The notes under the pieces were generated by a model. That model had not been told where the DNA came from, made no database searches, and worked only from the letters and a program-made list of their open reading frames with translations. Below are positions 53,659 through 63,293 of a stretch of DNA of 64,000 nucleotides, one piece after another. The stretch lies in IMG/VR virus record IMGVR_UViG_3300028895_001083; one strand, given 5' to 3'. Position numbers and translations under genes: made by a program. Source of the stretch: a virus (taxonomy: Duplodnaviria; Heunggongvirae; Uroviricota; Caudoviricetes). How positions within the stretch are numbered: position 1 is the first letter of the stretch; every line of letters starts with the position of its first letter.

Positions 53659-55014
53659 ATGGCTAAGAAAAAGAAGCCCAATCCAGCTGAAGAGTTGCCT
53701 GTTGAGGACTTCTGCCCGAACGACGAACTGTTCGATTCAGTGGTAGAAACAGTCCAAACGAAGCTGCAGAAGGAGGGCATGCTTGTCGGTCACAATCCGG
53801 TGATGCAAGTGCTGCCCGTGCCTGCGTTCAGTATGAGGTATCTCATTCAGAACGAAGGCCTGCCGTTGAGTTGTATGTATCAAGCAGTAGGACCGGAGGC
53901 GTCCTACAAATCCACGTTCGCGATGGAAGTAGTTCGCTGGCACCGCCTGTGCGGTGGGCGTGGATTGTTGTGTGAGGCTGAGACGAAGCCGACATCTGAG
54001 TTACGCAACAGTGTCCTGAACTGGGACCTGAAAGCAGTCGATATCGAGGACTGCGAAACCTTTGAAGACTGGCAGCGCAAGCTGACTCGCTATACCGTCG
54101 GCTTGCAAAAGCGGATGGAGAAGGCGGGTACGCGGGACATCCCGTGGTGCGCTGTCGTCGACTCGCTGACCGGCAAGGCCAGTGAGCATACGCTGAAGAA
54201 CATCCAGAAGGTTGGTCATGCCAATCTGCACTTCCCCGTGGAAGCGCGACAGATGGCCGACTACATGCGTGCCTATCCGCAGATGCTTCTCGGGTGGCCG
54301 TTCACCTTCGTGGGTGTCAACCACATGAAGATCAACCGCAATCCTGACGGCACCGTCGACTACAACATCCCAGGTGGTTGGGCGCTGAAGTTCCAGTGCT
54401 CTGCTATCTTCGAGTTGGAGAAGATGGGCGGGATCAAGGAGTTCAACAACTACAAGGCGGCTACCATCCGCTTCTCCATGTTGAAGAACTCTTATGGAGC
54501 TGATGACTCCAAGATCAAGGTGCGGTTCAAGACGTGGCTGCAGGAGGACGCGCCTGATACGTTCAGGCTCCACTCTCGTTTTGAGTGGTGGGAAGCCTCC
54601 ATCCTCTTCATCGCCACTGGCAACGGGCTGTCGGCCGCTAAGGCCCAAAGGCTTGTGCCCAAGATGAAGGAAGCCTGCGACATCCACGAGAAGTCGGGCG
54701 GCAGCCGCGGGAAGCTATACTGGTCGAACGCGTTGGGCGTCCCCTCTTCGGAGGCGATGCCGCCGCACGATCTCGGCATGATCCTCGAGACGAAGCCTGA
54801 TGTGCTGAAGGACCTGTACAATGTTACCGGCATTCAGCGCCGTCAGTTCTTCCGACCCGGCGTCGATTTCCTGGCGCAGCAAGAGGCTCAGGCGCATGTG
54901 ATCGCGCAAGCCGATGCTTCGGATCTCAACCAGCAGCGTTTGCGAGAGATCCAGCAGAACATCATCGACCACGATGCCTACCCCAGCCAGGTGGAATGGC
55001 CATCCAATGAGTAA
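53659..55014 (+). CDS. Hypothetical protein (451 aa)
   Basis: Lys-rich N-terminus MAKKKKPNPAEE; no recognisable motif. Confidence 0.55.
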   Translation: MAKKKKPNPAEELPVEDFCPNDELFDSVVETVQTKLQKEGMLVGHNPVMQVLPVPAFSMRYLIQNEGLPLSCMYQAVGPEASYKSTFAMEVVRWHRLCGGRGLLCEAETKPTSELRNSVLNWDLKAVDIEDCETFEDWQRKLTRYTVGLQKRMEKAGTRDIPWCAVVDSLTGKASEHTLKNIQKVGHANLHFPVEARQMADYMRAYPQMLLGWPFTFVGVNHMKINRNPDGTVDYNIPGGWALKFQCSAIFELEKMGGIKEFNNYKAATIRFSMLKNSYGADDSKIKVRFKTWLQEDAPDTFRLHSRFEWWEASILFIATGNGLSAAKAQRLVPKMKEACDIHEKSGGSRGKLYWSNALGVPSSEAMPPHDLGMILETKPDVLKDLYNVTGIQRRQFFRPGVDFLAQQEAQAHVIAQADASDLNQQRLREIQQNIIDHDAYPSQVEWPSNE

Positions 55015-55522
55015 TCCCATCAATCCAATGGACTTTTGGGACAAAACAGATCACGAGGCGGAGGGCAACAAGCTCGCGCAGTATGAGCACGGCGCCGTGG
55101 ACAGAATTGTCAAACGAGCAAAGGTCGGCACTGCCGAGCGCGCGCTCCTCGTCTCAGATGGCGATCTAATGACGTTTGAGGCGTTGCATGAGCATGCACA
55201 TTTTCCGCTGCTCTTGCACGCCATCAAAATCCGCTCACCGGCGGACATCGAAAAAACCTTGGAGCAGCGTCCACTACGCACGCCGATGTTCATGCAGTTC
55301 TTGGACATCACTGACGGCACGCCGAAGGGCGAGTGCACATACCAGGGCGTCGTGTTCAACTGGCTGAACCACGGCCGCTGGTACGTCCTGCACGACTTCT
55401 CCATGCATACCGATCTAGGCACGTCGTTGCGCTACTGGCGCATCAACGGAAGATGTTACTATCTGGAAACCCTGGACAATCTGGTGGAACGCTTCGGCCC
55501 AGCCGAGGAGTGGTGCGCCTGA
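55007..55522 (+). CDS. Hypothetical protein
   Basis: ATGA coupling to the upstream gene. Confidence 0.5.
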   Translation: MSNPINPMDFWDKTDHEAEGNKLAQYEHGAVDRIVKRAKVGTAERALLVSDGDLMTFEALHEHAHFPLLLHAIKIRSPADIEKTLEQRPLRTPMFMQFLDITDGTPKGECTYQGVVFNWLNHGRWYVLHDFSMHTDLGTSLRYWRINGRCYYLETLDNLVERFGPAEEWCA

Positions 55523-55532
55523 TTTTGTTTCC

Positions 55533-56633
55533 ATGAATAAATTCCTAGTCAAACCAAAAGCCGAGGTGTACGCGCCGGACCAGTTCGACGGGTTCCTCGA
55601 AGCGCTGAACACAGCCGATCAGTACACCGTCCAGGTGCCGATCAACCATCCGGAAGACCTGCTCCTGGACGATGCCGGCTGTCTCGTAGAGAGTGGCTTT
55701 CGCCTCTCTCCGCTTGCTTTCAAGCAAATCTGCATGTTTGTGGCCAAGGGACTTTGGCCGCTGATCATGGATATCGGTGGTGTCACGCGTGGTTCGAGAT
55801 CCTTCGATGGAGTGATCTCGCCAGCGTTGGCAGCACGCATCTTCAATGACTGCGTGCAGCTCCGATTCCGTGTAAAAGATGGGATCTGCGGACGACTGTT
55901 GATCCAGAACCACAATACGAAGGTCATCGACGGTGTCGTCGGTGTCCGCTATCAGTACCTCGCCAATCACCTGCTGCTCGACGGCGCCTCTGACCTCCTG
56001 GCCACACACTCTGTGCCGATGGAGTTCTGGGGCGGAACGTTGACCGGCCGCCGCATGAGCGTTACCTTCCTGGCCCCCGAGGCCCTGGCTACCACGCCAG
56101 CCGGACAGGATCTCTACGGTGGCTGCTACGTGACGAACAGCGAAGCAGGTGAGTGCGGCGTACGCAGCTCATTGCTGCTCCAGTACGACGATACACCCCT
56201 CCGATGCATATCCAAGCTACACAGCATAACCCATGTGGGAAAGAGCTTCATGAAACGGCTCCAGCGCATGGTGATGAAGGTATTGCACGACTGGGACGGT
56301 ATCGTCGATGTGGTTAACGACATCGAGCATCTGGCGACCACGCTGGATGTCCTCGACGACACGGGTAAGATCAAGCGCACATGGCAGCGACGAGTGGCAA
56401 CCAGGTTGTCCAACTATGTCGACAAGGGCCTTGCTGACGCTATGATACGCCAAGCCATTTACACAGACGTGCGTGACGATCCGTTGAAAGAACGGATGCG
56501 GCGCGTGGCAGAGCGTACGGTCGAAGACTTCTTCGTGGTAATCATGGAGCATGCCGACGGCCAATATCCCGAAGTTCGCGAAAGTCTTGAGCGAGCGGCG
56601 TACGACGTCCTCGCCAAGCGCATCCCACTGTAG
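55533..56633 (+). CDS. Hypothetical protein (366 aa)
   Basis: Start ATGAATAAA carries the GAATAA half-site of the palindrome family. Confidence 0.55.
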   Translation: MNKFLVKPKAEVYAPDQFDGFLEALNTADQYTVQVPINHPEDLLLDDAGCLVESGFRLSPLAFKQICMFVAKGLWPLIMDIGGVTRGSRSFDGVISPALAARIFNDCVQLRFRVKDGICGRLLIQNHNTKVIDGVVGVRYQYLANHLLLDGASDLLATHSVPMEFWGGTLTGRRMSVTFLAPEALATTPAGQDLYGGCYVTNSEAGECGVRSSLLLQYDDTPLRCISKLHSITHVGKSFMKRLQRMVMKVLHDWDGIVDVVNDIEHLATTLDVLDDTGKIKRTWQRRVATRLSNYVDKGLADAMIRQAIYTDVRDDPLKERMRRVAERTVEDFFVVIMEHADGQYPEVRESLERAAYDVLAKRIPL

Positions 56634-56648
56634 GAGCTATTTTCAGTA

Positions 56649-57776
56649 ATGGCAAAAACCACTCTACCCGCCAAGGTCGAAGAGTACACCGCTCTTCAAG
56701 CACAATCCACCTTCACGAAGGCCGAAGAGAAGGCCTTCAAGGAGTTAAACGAATATATCACCAAGCGCGCCAAGGACGACATCTGGTGGTATTGGGAGCT
56801 CGGTCAAAAGGTCAAGAAGATCTATGAAGACGCCAAAGACCGTGAGGACATCTACGGCAAGCGCGTGTTGCTGCGCATGGCCAAGGCTCTCGGCTACAAG
56901 ACAGACCAACAGCTCCGCAACACCATGACTGTTGTGGAGACTTTCAAGACGAAGAAGGAGTTCAACAAGCTCGTCCGGCTGAAGGGCGAAGCGCAGAACA
57001 CGTTGAACTGGTCGCACCTCGTGTACCTCGCCCAGATTGGCGACGACAAGCTGCGGAACCAGCTGGCCGCCTCCACGCTCGAACAGAGCTGGAACGCCAA
57101 GGACCTCTGGGACCGTGTCAAGGAGCTGGCCAACCGCAAGAAACGCGGTTCCGGCGCCAAGGTGAAGACCAAGATCCCGGCATCGCCGGTCGGCATGTTC
57201 AGCCATGTACGTTCGCAGGCCAACAAGTTCGTCCAGAACTTCGAGGAGGCGTGGACGGGCGACGTCTACGACATCTGCGGCGAGGTGGCCAGCATCCCGG
57301 CCGACAAGCTGAACGACAAGCTCGTCCAGGCCGTCGCCGACACGCGTGCGAAGCTCGTGTCCATGCAGGAGTGCGCCGCCTCCCTCGAAGAGCAGCTCAT
57401 GCAAGTTGAGGAGGACATCGAGGCCCGTCGTAAGGCCCAGGCGGAGGCTGAGGAAGAAGCCGCGGCTGCCGAAGCTGCCGAAGAGGACTACGAAGACGAT
57501 ATCGACGAGGGGGAGGACGACGATGACGACTTCGATCCGAACGACGACGTCTACGCTGAAGACGAAGCGGAAGACGCGGAGGAGGAAGAGGACGACGAGG
57601 TTGAGGAAGATTCCGCCCAAGACGAAGAGGACTGGGAAGAGGAAGAGACTGTCAACCTTGGCAAACAACGAAACGCTCAACGGCGAGCCAAGTCTGCCGC
57701 AGAGCGGGAAAAGAAAAAGAAACGTGAAGCTCGCGCTGCAGCTCGCCGCAAGGGGCGAGTGGGAGTAAGCAAGTGA
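56649..57776 (+). CDS. Protein with ~110-aa poly-acidic (D/E) region and basic C-terminal tail
   Basis: AEEEAAAAEAAEEDYEDDIDEGEDDDDDFDPNDDVYAEDEAEDAEEEEDDEVEEDSAQDEEDWEEEE followed by KSAAEREKKKKREARAAARRKGR. Confidence 0.6.
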   Translation: MAKTTLPAKVEEYTALQAQSTFTKAEEKAFKELNEYITKRAKDDIWWYWELGQKVKKIYEDAKDREDIYGKRVLLRMAKALGYKTDQQLRNTMTVVETFKTKKEFNKLVRLKGEAQNTLNWSHLVYLAQIGDDKLRNQLAASTLEQSWNAKDLWDRVKELANRKKRGSGAKVKTKIPASPVGMFSHVRSQANKFVQNFEEAWTGDVYDICGEVASIPADKLNDKLVQAVADTRAKLVSMQECAASLEEQLMQVEEDIEARRKAQAEAEEEAAAAEAAEEDYEDDIDEGEDDDDDFDPNDDVYAEDEAEDAEEEEDDEVEEDSAQDEEDWEEEETVNLGKQRNAQRRAKSAAEREKKKKREARAAARRKGRVGVSK

Positions 57777-58636
57777 AAACGCCCATAACACCGCAGTTTA
57801 CGGTGTGCGTTTTACTCTACGGGAACTATCCGGAGTTGCTCAATAGGTGTCTCGACTCGTTGAGCAACCCGGAGTGGTACCCGTGGTTTAATCTCCGTAT
57901 CGGCTGGCAGGGCCTTGGCGCGCAGTCGGAGACGGACTTACTGAGCCACGTCGCTAAATGGCAGACGGCTAAGCTGCGTGGCACGTGCCGCGATCCGTTG
58001 GAGATGTGTCTGAAAGGGCATTCCCCCTTCTTCAAGTATCCGACGATGCGCCGGATGTTCTACGAGATGCCGATCAAGACGCCCTACATCATGTGGTTCG
58101 ATGACGACTCGTTCATCAACACCTGTGCCAACGGTTTCTTCCGGGGCATTCAGGACTTCATGGAGTATGGTGCGCGTAAGCGAAAGCCCGACGGCACGCT
58201 TACGCCGGCAGACACTGCCGACATGATCGGCGCCAAGTACGTGATGGCCCTGCGGGGCAATCAACGACAGTACATCGAAGACCAACCGTGGTACGCGGGC
58301 AAACCAATAGCCCGGCGCCCCGGGTTCATTACCGGTGGCTGGTGGACAATCCGTACCCCGATTATCCAACAATGGAACTGGCCGTCAGAGGACTTACAGC
58401 ACAACGGCGGAGATTTGCTACTCGGGGAGTTGTGTCATCAGCAGGGATATCGTATAAAGCACTTTACGAAGGGACTGGGCATCAACTGCGATGCAAGCGG
58501 CAGATGCTCGACAGCGCCACGGCGCGGACACTCCCAGGACCCTTGCGGTACCAACTACGTGCGGCCAGCTAATCACCGTTCGCCGAACGACGAGTGGCAG
58601 CTCTCACGAAGCCGTTACCGCCGGAGGCGAGAATGA
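57773..58636 (+). CDS. Family-2 (GT-A fold) glycosyltransferase
   Basis: N-terminal FTVCVLLYGNYPELLNRCLDSL is a GT2 Rossmann start. DxD motif MWFDDDS. GTG start with a GGGAG SD. Confidence 0.6.
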   Translation: MKTPITPQFTVCVLLYGNYPELLNRCLDSLSNPEWYPWFNLRIGWQGLGAQSETDLLSHVAKWQTAKLRGTCRDPLEMCLKGHSPFFKYPTMRRMFYEMPIKTPYIMWFDDDSFINTCANGFFRGIQDFMEYGARKRKPDGTLTPADTADMIGAKYVMALRGNQRQYIEDQPWYAGKPIARRPGFITGGWWTIRTPIIQQWNWPSEDLQHNGGDLLLGELCHQQGYRIKHFTKGLGINCDASGRCSTAPRRGHSQDPCGTNYVRPANHRSPNDEWQLSRSRYRRRRE

Positions 58637-59031
58637 GTAGAAAGCATACTGCAGAGATCTTTCCTATCCAGGAATTCCTGGATGCCGGCGTTAAGCCTCA
58701 ACGGCCACTGCGGCTGCGAGAGGGCGACGCCTGGATAGTTCGCAAAGAACCATTAAACCTCGACCAGCCAGGCGCAGAAGATCCGCTGGATTGGGCGATC
58801 GTCGAATCGGGACAGCTGGTCAACATCCCGCTGATCCCGTACCGCAGTCGCCTCGATCTTATGCACATGTTGCTCGGGGCAATGGATGTGATCCAGAGGT
58901 ACGTTGAGCGGCAGCCGCATGCTGAGCGTACCCATATCATCTTAGGTGATCCAATCGAGCGGCTCGACGCCGAAGGCGTGTACCGCTACTGGATCGGTTT
59001 TGCAGTGCAGACTCAAGAGGCCCAAGGCTAA
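58633..59031 (+). CDS. Hypothetical protein
   Basis: GGAGG SD; ATGA coupling. Confidence 0.55.
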   Translation: MSRKHTAEIFPIQEFLDAGVKPQRPLRLREGDAWIVRKEPLNLDQPGAEDPLDWAIVESGQLVNIPLIPYRSRLDLMHMLLGAMDVIQRYVERQPHAERTHIILGDPIERLDAEGVYRYWIGFAVQTQEAQG

Positions 59032-59534
59032 TGAGCGAGAACCCAATGGCGCCGCAGCCGCCACAACAATTCATGCAGCTGCCGGCGCAGGTGGAGCAGC
59101 CTCCCCAACAGGAGGCGCCCCAGCCGCAAACCCCCGCTGAGCCGCCACAGCAGCGACAGCGGAGCTTGCAAGAGTATGCGTCTGGATACGCACAGCTCGC
59201 ACGCGAGCTGACGCGTCAGAACGATGCGTACGGACACTTTCGGAACGTGGTGACCAGGATCGACGAGCTGATCAAGAACCCAGGGCAAGCGCCCAACGGG
59301 TTACCGTTCGTCACGTTTACGTTTCCCGTAACGGACGGCACGGTGCCGGGCGAGCTCAAGCTCGATCTCAACACCATGCCGACTTCCGTACTTGCGGCCA
59401 TCAGGCCACTCTTCGACCAACTGCAGCAAACCTGCGGCGCTGACTTCATCGCTGCCATGAAAGGTTTCTACCAGCTGGATGCGGAGACACGGCCCGTTGT
59501 GGAAGCAATGGAGGCAGCGACCAGTGGCGGATGA
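59031..59534 (+). CDS. Q/P-rich N-terminus hypothetical protein
   Basis: AGAGG SD. N-terminal PQPPQQ...QQEAPQPQTPAEPPQQ low complexity. Confidence 0.55.
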   Translation: MSENPMAPQPPQQFMQLPAQVEQPPQQEAPQPQTPAEPPQQRQRSLQEYASGYAQLARELTRQNDAYGHFRNVVTRIDELIKNPGQAPNGLPFVTFTFPVTDGTVPGELKLDLNTMPTSVLAAIRPLFDQLQQTCGADFIAAMKGFYQLDAETRPVVEAMEAATSGG

Positions 59535-60075
59535 TGGCGACATCAACGCCTCCGAATTGATTGATCCAATGTACCGGCTACCATTCGACGGTTATCGCAT
59601 GCACGTCGAATGGGCACCGGCCGGTGCGCGCCTGGGGACGAACTTCGCCCATGTCAGGCGGCTGGATCGTGGCCAATCAATCGCTGAGTATCCTGCGATG
59701 CTCGTGTTTGGAAATACGCCCGAGGAGCGCACGTCGCTAACACGCGATTCGCTGCTTCTCGCGGCCATGCTGGACTACATCAACTCCGGAGGCGATCCGG
59801 AGGTAGTCTGTGAGATTGCGGACCAAGTCCGACAGCTGGAGCCGGTGAAAACGCCTGGCTTCGAGCTGATCCTTGCCTACGAACAGGTCGATCGAGTCCT
59901 CTACTACGAATCCAAAGACGGTAAGTACGTGGAGGTCGTGGTTGACCACTGGGCGGACGAAGCGGAGGTATCAGGGCTGCCCGACGTGTCGGATTGTACC
60001 GACATGGTTGCACGGCACCCAGAACCCGTACACTTAGGGGAGGAGGAAGATGACTCAGTCGACCCGCACCTCTGA
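59479..60075 (+). CDS. Hypothetical protein
   Basis: Start uncertain (ATG 59479 or 59569). Confidence 0.4.
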   Translation: MRRHGPLWKQWRQRPVADDGDINASELIDPMYRLPFDGYRMHVEWAPAGARLGTNFAHVRRLDRGQSIAEYPAMLVFGNTPEERTSLTRDSLLLAAMLDYINSGGDPEVVCEIADQVRQLEPVKTPGFELILAYEQVDRVLYYESKDGKYVEVVVDHWADEAEVSGLPDVSDCTDMVARHPEPVHLGEEEDDSVDPHL

Positions 60076-60883
60076 TGTCAAGATTGCCATTCCGCGGTAC
60101 AACCTGGGGCGCATCATCCAACTGCGCGACAAGCTGTGCACGGACTCGATGACCGAGTGGTTTGGTTTTACTGCCATCGGAGAGCACTTCGACCAATTCG
60201 TCGACCAACTCACCGAAGCGATACCTCGAGCCAAACGCCAAGCGGTGTACGACAGCTGTACCTGTCTCGCTGGGGAGTACCTCACCGAGGCAAGGCTGCG
60301 TACGCTGTTTTGGCGACTGGCCGGGAACACCGACAGCCTGCGGCGCGGTGTTGCTGTGCCCCCGTGGCACGTACAGTCAGAGCGAGAGTGGATGCCGGTG
60401 CAGGTCACCGGCTGGGAATTCTCGCAGAACAAGTGGGGCAAGCCCGGCGGTCTGTTTGCCATGCGCATCCTGGCCGGATCGGCGTGCCCCATGCGAATCA
60501 TAACCTTCTGGACAAGGGGATTTAGCAATCTCATTGCAAGAGGTGCGGGATATACTTCTTACCGACATGATTATCCGTTTGGGCATCCCTCCGAGCTTGT
60601 TGGTCTCCGACTCTGGGCGCTCATCGACCCAGCTTACTGCCAACAGGGACGCCCGGGTTTTCGAGAGGTGTCTTGTACGCAGACTCTACGGAACTGGAAT
60701 CGGGGGATCATCCGCAAACGATTCCGACACGGCTGGGAATGTCCACGAGGCTACGAGAGACACTGTTACAAGTGCCACGTTGGGTACGACCAGTGCCCGG
60801 CGGCGACGCACAGAACCACAAAGGAGTGCGAAGATGCCCCTGAGTCACAAACAAATACAGAAGCTGGAGAAGCGCACACATGA
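60050..60883 (+). CDS. Cys/His-rich hypothetical protein
   Basis: GGGGAGGAGGAAG SD. C-terminal WECPRGYERHCYKCHVGYDQCP cluster. Confidence 0.6.
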   Translation: MTQSTRTSDVKIAIPRYNLGRIIQLRDKLCTDSMTEWFGFTAIGEHFDQFVDQLTEAIPRAKRQAVYDSCTCLAGEYLTEARLRTLFWRLAGNTDSLRRGVAVPPWHVQSEREWMPVQVTGWEFSQNKWGKPGGLFAMRILAGSACPMRIITFWTRGFSNLIARGAGYTSYRHDYPFGHPSELVGLRLWALIDPAYCQQGRPGFREVSCTQTLRNWNRGIIRKRFRHGWECPRGYERHCYKCHVGYDQCPAATHRTTKECEDAPESQTNTEAGEAHT

Positions 60884-61295
60884 GCTCGGTGAGGAGCTCG
60901 GTGATATAGAGCAACGGCGGAAGTCGCGGCTGAGAATGCACGACTTTATGAACGCAATCAACGAGGACGAGCGTGTTGAGCTCACCTGCACAGAGGGTGA
61001 CATCTGGCTAAACGTCCGCATCAGCGAAGGTAATAACCGCTCCGTAGAGAAAGACACCATGTATCAGAGTGATTTCATGGCGCGGTTGCATACTGCCTTT
61101 CCTCTCATGCTTAAAGCACTCGTTGCTGAGTGCTGCAGTGACGCCGACGCCGACTACGAACGTCGGCTTCTTGCGGTTGTCCCGTTAGAAGAAGAACCCG
61201 AAGAAGAGGACAGACGGCGTCCGCGTGGATTGCGTCTGCCCGGAGCTACCGATGGAGACGAAAAGACTGAAGCAGTTGGAGAGCAAGCGGAATAA
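60834..61295 (+). CDS. Hypothetical protein
   Basis: AAAGGAG SD; overlaps the upstream gene by 50 nt. Confidence 0.5.
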   Translation: MPLSHKQIQKLEKRTHELGEELGDIEQRRKSRLRMHDFMNAINEDERVELTCTEGDIWLNVRISEGNNRSVEKDTMYQSDFMARLHTAFPLMLKALVAECCSDADADYERRLLAVVPLEEEPEEEDRRRPRGLRLPGATDGDEKTEAVGEQAE

Positions 61296-61998
61296 CGCAG
61301 AACGGGTGCTGCAGCTGCTCACAAACCGCGAAGACATCAACCGGTTTCTCGATATGATCCTCGGAGCGCTGCGTGACGGGGAACCGCTACACATCCAGCT
61401 CGACTCCCGTGACTACTTGGAGCTCGGGCGCAGCAGCCAAACGGTATACAGTGGCCCGCCCTCGGCGCTTTCTGAGTGGCTGGCAGTGCGGCACGAGCTT
61501 CGTGTCGGCATCTTGGACGTGGTACAGACAACGCTGCAGAAGTGGCGTGATAAGTACCAGCAAGACTACGAGGACTATCTATGCGATCTGGCTAACGAAG
61601 ACCGTGAGCACAGTGCAGGCATAGGTGACCGCACGCCCCGTGGTGTGCGTCTACGTAATACCGAGGAAGAAGGCGAGGAGGAGGAAGCAGAGATGGATGC
61701 GGCTACGGGTTGGGTGGACGGGCCAGTGCCTGTAAGCCCATCGCCGTCGGAAACACGCGAAACCTTTGACGACTTCTCCACCGAGGAACTGCGCGACACG
61801 CTCAATCGTATCCACGGCAGCGGTATGTTAAATACGCTGGATGAGGAGCAGATGCGGGCAGTAGTGGCCGCGCAGGCCGAACTCACTCGCCGCACGCAGG
61901 AGGCATCAGATGCCACCAACAGCGACAGCGCCCAAGTCTCGCCGCCAGAAGAAACGCGGCCGAGCATCGAAGATTCGGAATTCTGGGACCGTTACTAA
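61252..61998 (+). CDS. Hypothetical acidic protein
   Basis: GGAG SD. Confidence 0.55.
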   Translation: METKRLKQLESKRNNAERVLQLLTNREDINRFLDMILGALRDGEPLHIQLDSRDYLELGRSSQTVYSGPPSALSEWLAVRHELRVGILDVVQTTLQKWRDKYQQDYEDYLCDLANEDREHSAGIGDRTPRGVRLRNTEEEGEEEEAEMDAATGWVDGPVPVSPSPSETRETFDDFSTEELRDTLNRIHGSGMLNTLDEEQMRAVVAAQAELTRRTQEASDATNSDSAQVSPPEETRPSIEDSEFWDRY

Positions 61999-62023
61999 GG
62001 AAGGCCGAGACGCCGTAGAGCAG

Positions 62024-62695
62024 ATGCTATGTGATATCGATATCCAGCAAGCTGCCGAGTATCTCGACTACTGGGAAAGCATAAGACCCACCACCGACGA
62101 CGCACGTTGGCGTAGGTGGGTTTTCGCTTTCCTGTCTATCCAGCGCAACTGGCGCGCCAACTATGAAGCGTACGAATGCGTTATGGAGCTCCCTTGGACA
62201 TCCCAGTCTGAGTTGGAGGATGTGCTGCGGGGCTGCAAAGCCGGACTGCACAACCGCCACGCTGACTATATCTGGAGGTTCACCGAGCTGTGTACGTCTG
62301 CGCCGCGCGTTCTGCGCGGCCCAAAAGAAGTGGGCTTCAAGACCTGGTCCGGGTGGCGTAACCGCCTGATCGATATGGAGGACATCAAGGGCATCGGCAT
62401 CGCCAAGATCGCGTTTGCCCAAGAGATGTGCTATCCGGCCGAGTGCGGCGTCACCTGCTTCGACAGGCATGGCGCACGGCTCTACGGCGTGGACCCTGAC
62501 AACGTCACCCCTCTGCAGTATGGGGAGATGGAGAATCACTGGCAGTACGTCTGCCATCAAATCGGCATTTCGCCGGCCATGGCCCGCCACATTGTGTGGG
62601 ATCGCCTCCAGGGTGCGGATAGCACGCGCTACTGGTCGCATGTGTTCGAAGAAGAGGATACCCGGCTACTTGTATCGCTGGACGATTTCCGCTAA
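62024..62695 (+). CDS. HhH-GPD superfamily DNA glycosylase-like protein
   Basis: IKGIGIAKIAFAQEMCYPAECGVTCFDRHGARLYGV matches the helix-hairpin-helix plus Gly/Pro-Asp signature (L.GIG..A....D.H..R) of EndoIII/AlkA/Ogg-type glycosylases. Confidence 0.55.
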   Translation: MLCDIDIQQAAEYLDYWESIRPTTDDARWRRWVFAFLSIQRNWRANYEAYECVMELPWTSQSELEDVLRGCKAGLHNRHADYIWRFTELCTSAPRVLRGPKEVGFKTWSGWRNRLIDMEDIKGIGIAKIAFAQEMCYPAECGVTCFDRHGARLYGVDPDNVTPLQYGEMENHWQYVCHQIGISPAMARHIVWDRLQGADSTRYWSHVFEEEDTRLLVSLDDFR

Positions 62696-62704
62696 GATCA
62701 CACC

Positions 62705-63232
62705 ATGGCTAAACGTAGAATGTTTCAACTTCGACGTAAGGAAGCGCGGGCGGGTGCTCGCGATCCCTTTTACAATCCCGAACGGGACATCGCTCACCTG
62801 GGGCCAAACTTGCTCCGGGGCGCGATGGTCTCGTGCGAGGAGACGTACTGGGAGCCCTGGCTCAAGCAGTTCATGCTGGAGCAAGGCATCAGCTACCAGA
62901 CGATTGTGGATACGAATGCTCCTGTCATCCTGGCACGGGCGTTCAACCGCATTGTCAAGGCAGAGAATCCCAAGGTGGCGCTGGAGGCCGAAGGCTTCCA
63001 CGAGCTGCCGTCGGCGATTCAAATGCTTTTCTATACCCGCATCGGGCAGGTCTGCTTGGCCATGATCTGGGCGGGTGTGAAGGATGTGTCCAAGCCTGAC
63101 GACGCACCGCCAGCGACGGTTGTAAGCCTGCTGACGGACGTCGAGGACGGTTTCAAAACGTTCCTGGAAGGGAGCGACGAGGACGAAGATGCCGCGGACG
63201 GGAGCACCCCTGATCCAAGCCAATCCCAATAA
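62705..63232 (+). CDS. Hypothetical protein
   Basis: ORF with coding-like composition; acidic C-terminus. Confidence 0.55.
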   Translation: MAKRRMFQLRRKEARAGARDPFYNPERDIAHLGPNLLRGAMVSCEETYWEPWLKQFMLEQGISYQTIVDTNAPVILARAFNRIVKAENPKVALEAEGFHELPSAIQMLFYTRIGQVCLAMIWAGVKDVSKPDDAPPATVVSLLTDVEDGFKTFLEGSDEDEDAADGSTPDPSQSQ

Positions 63233-63293
63233 CTTACGAAGTGCGATGACCCGCGTTATCGCGCTGAGCCGACAGCTACAGTTGGTTGCTAAA

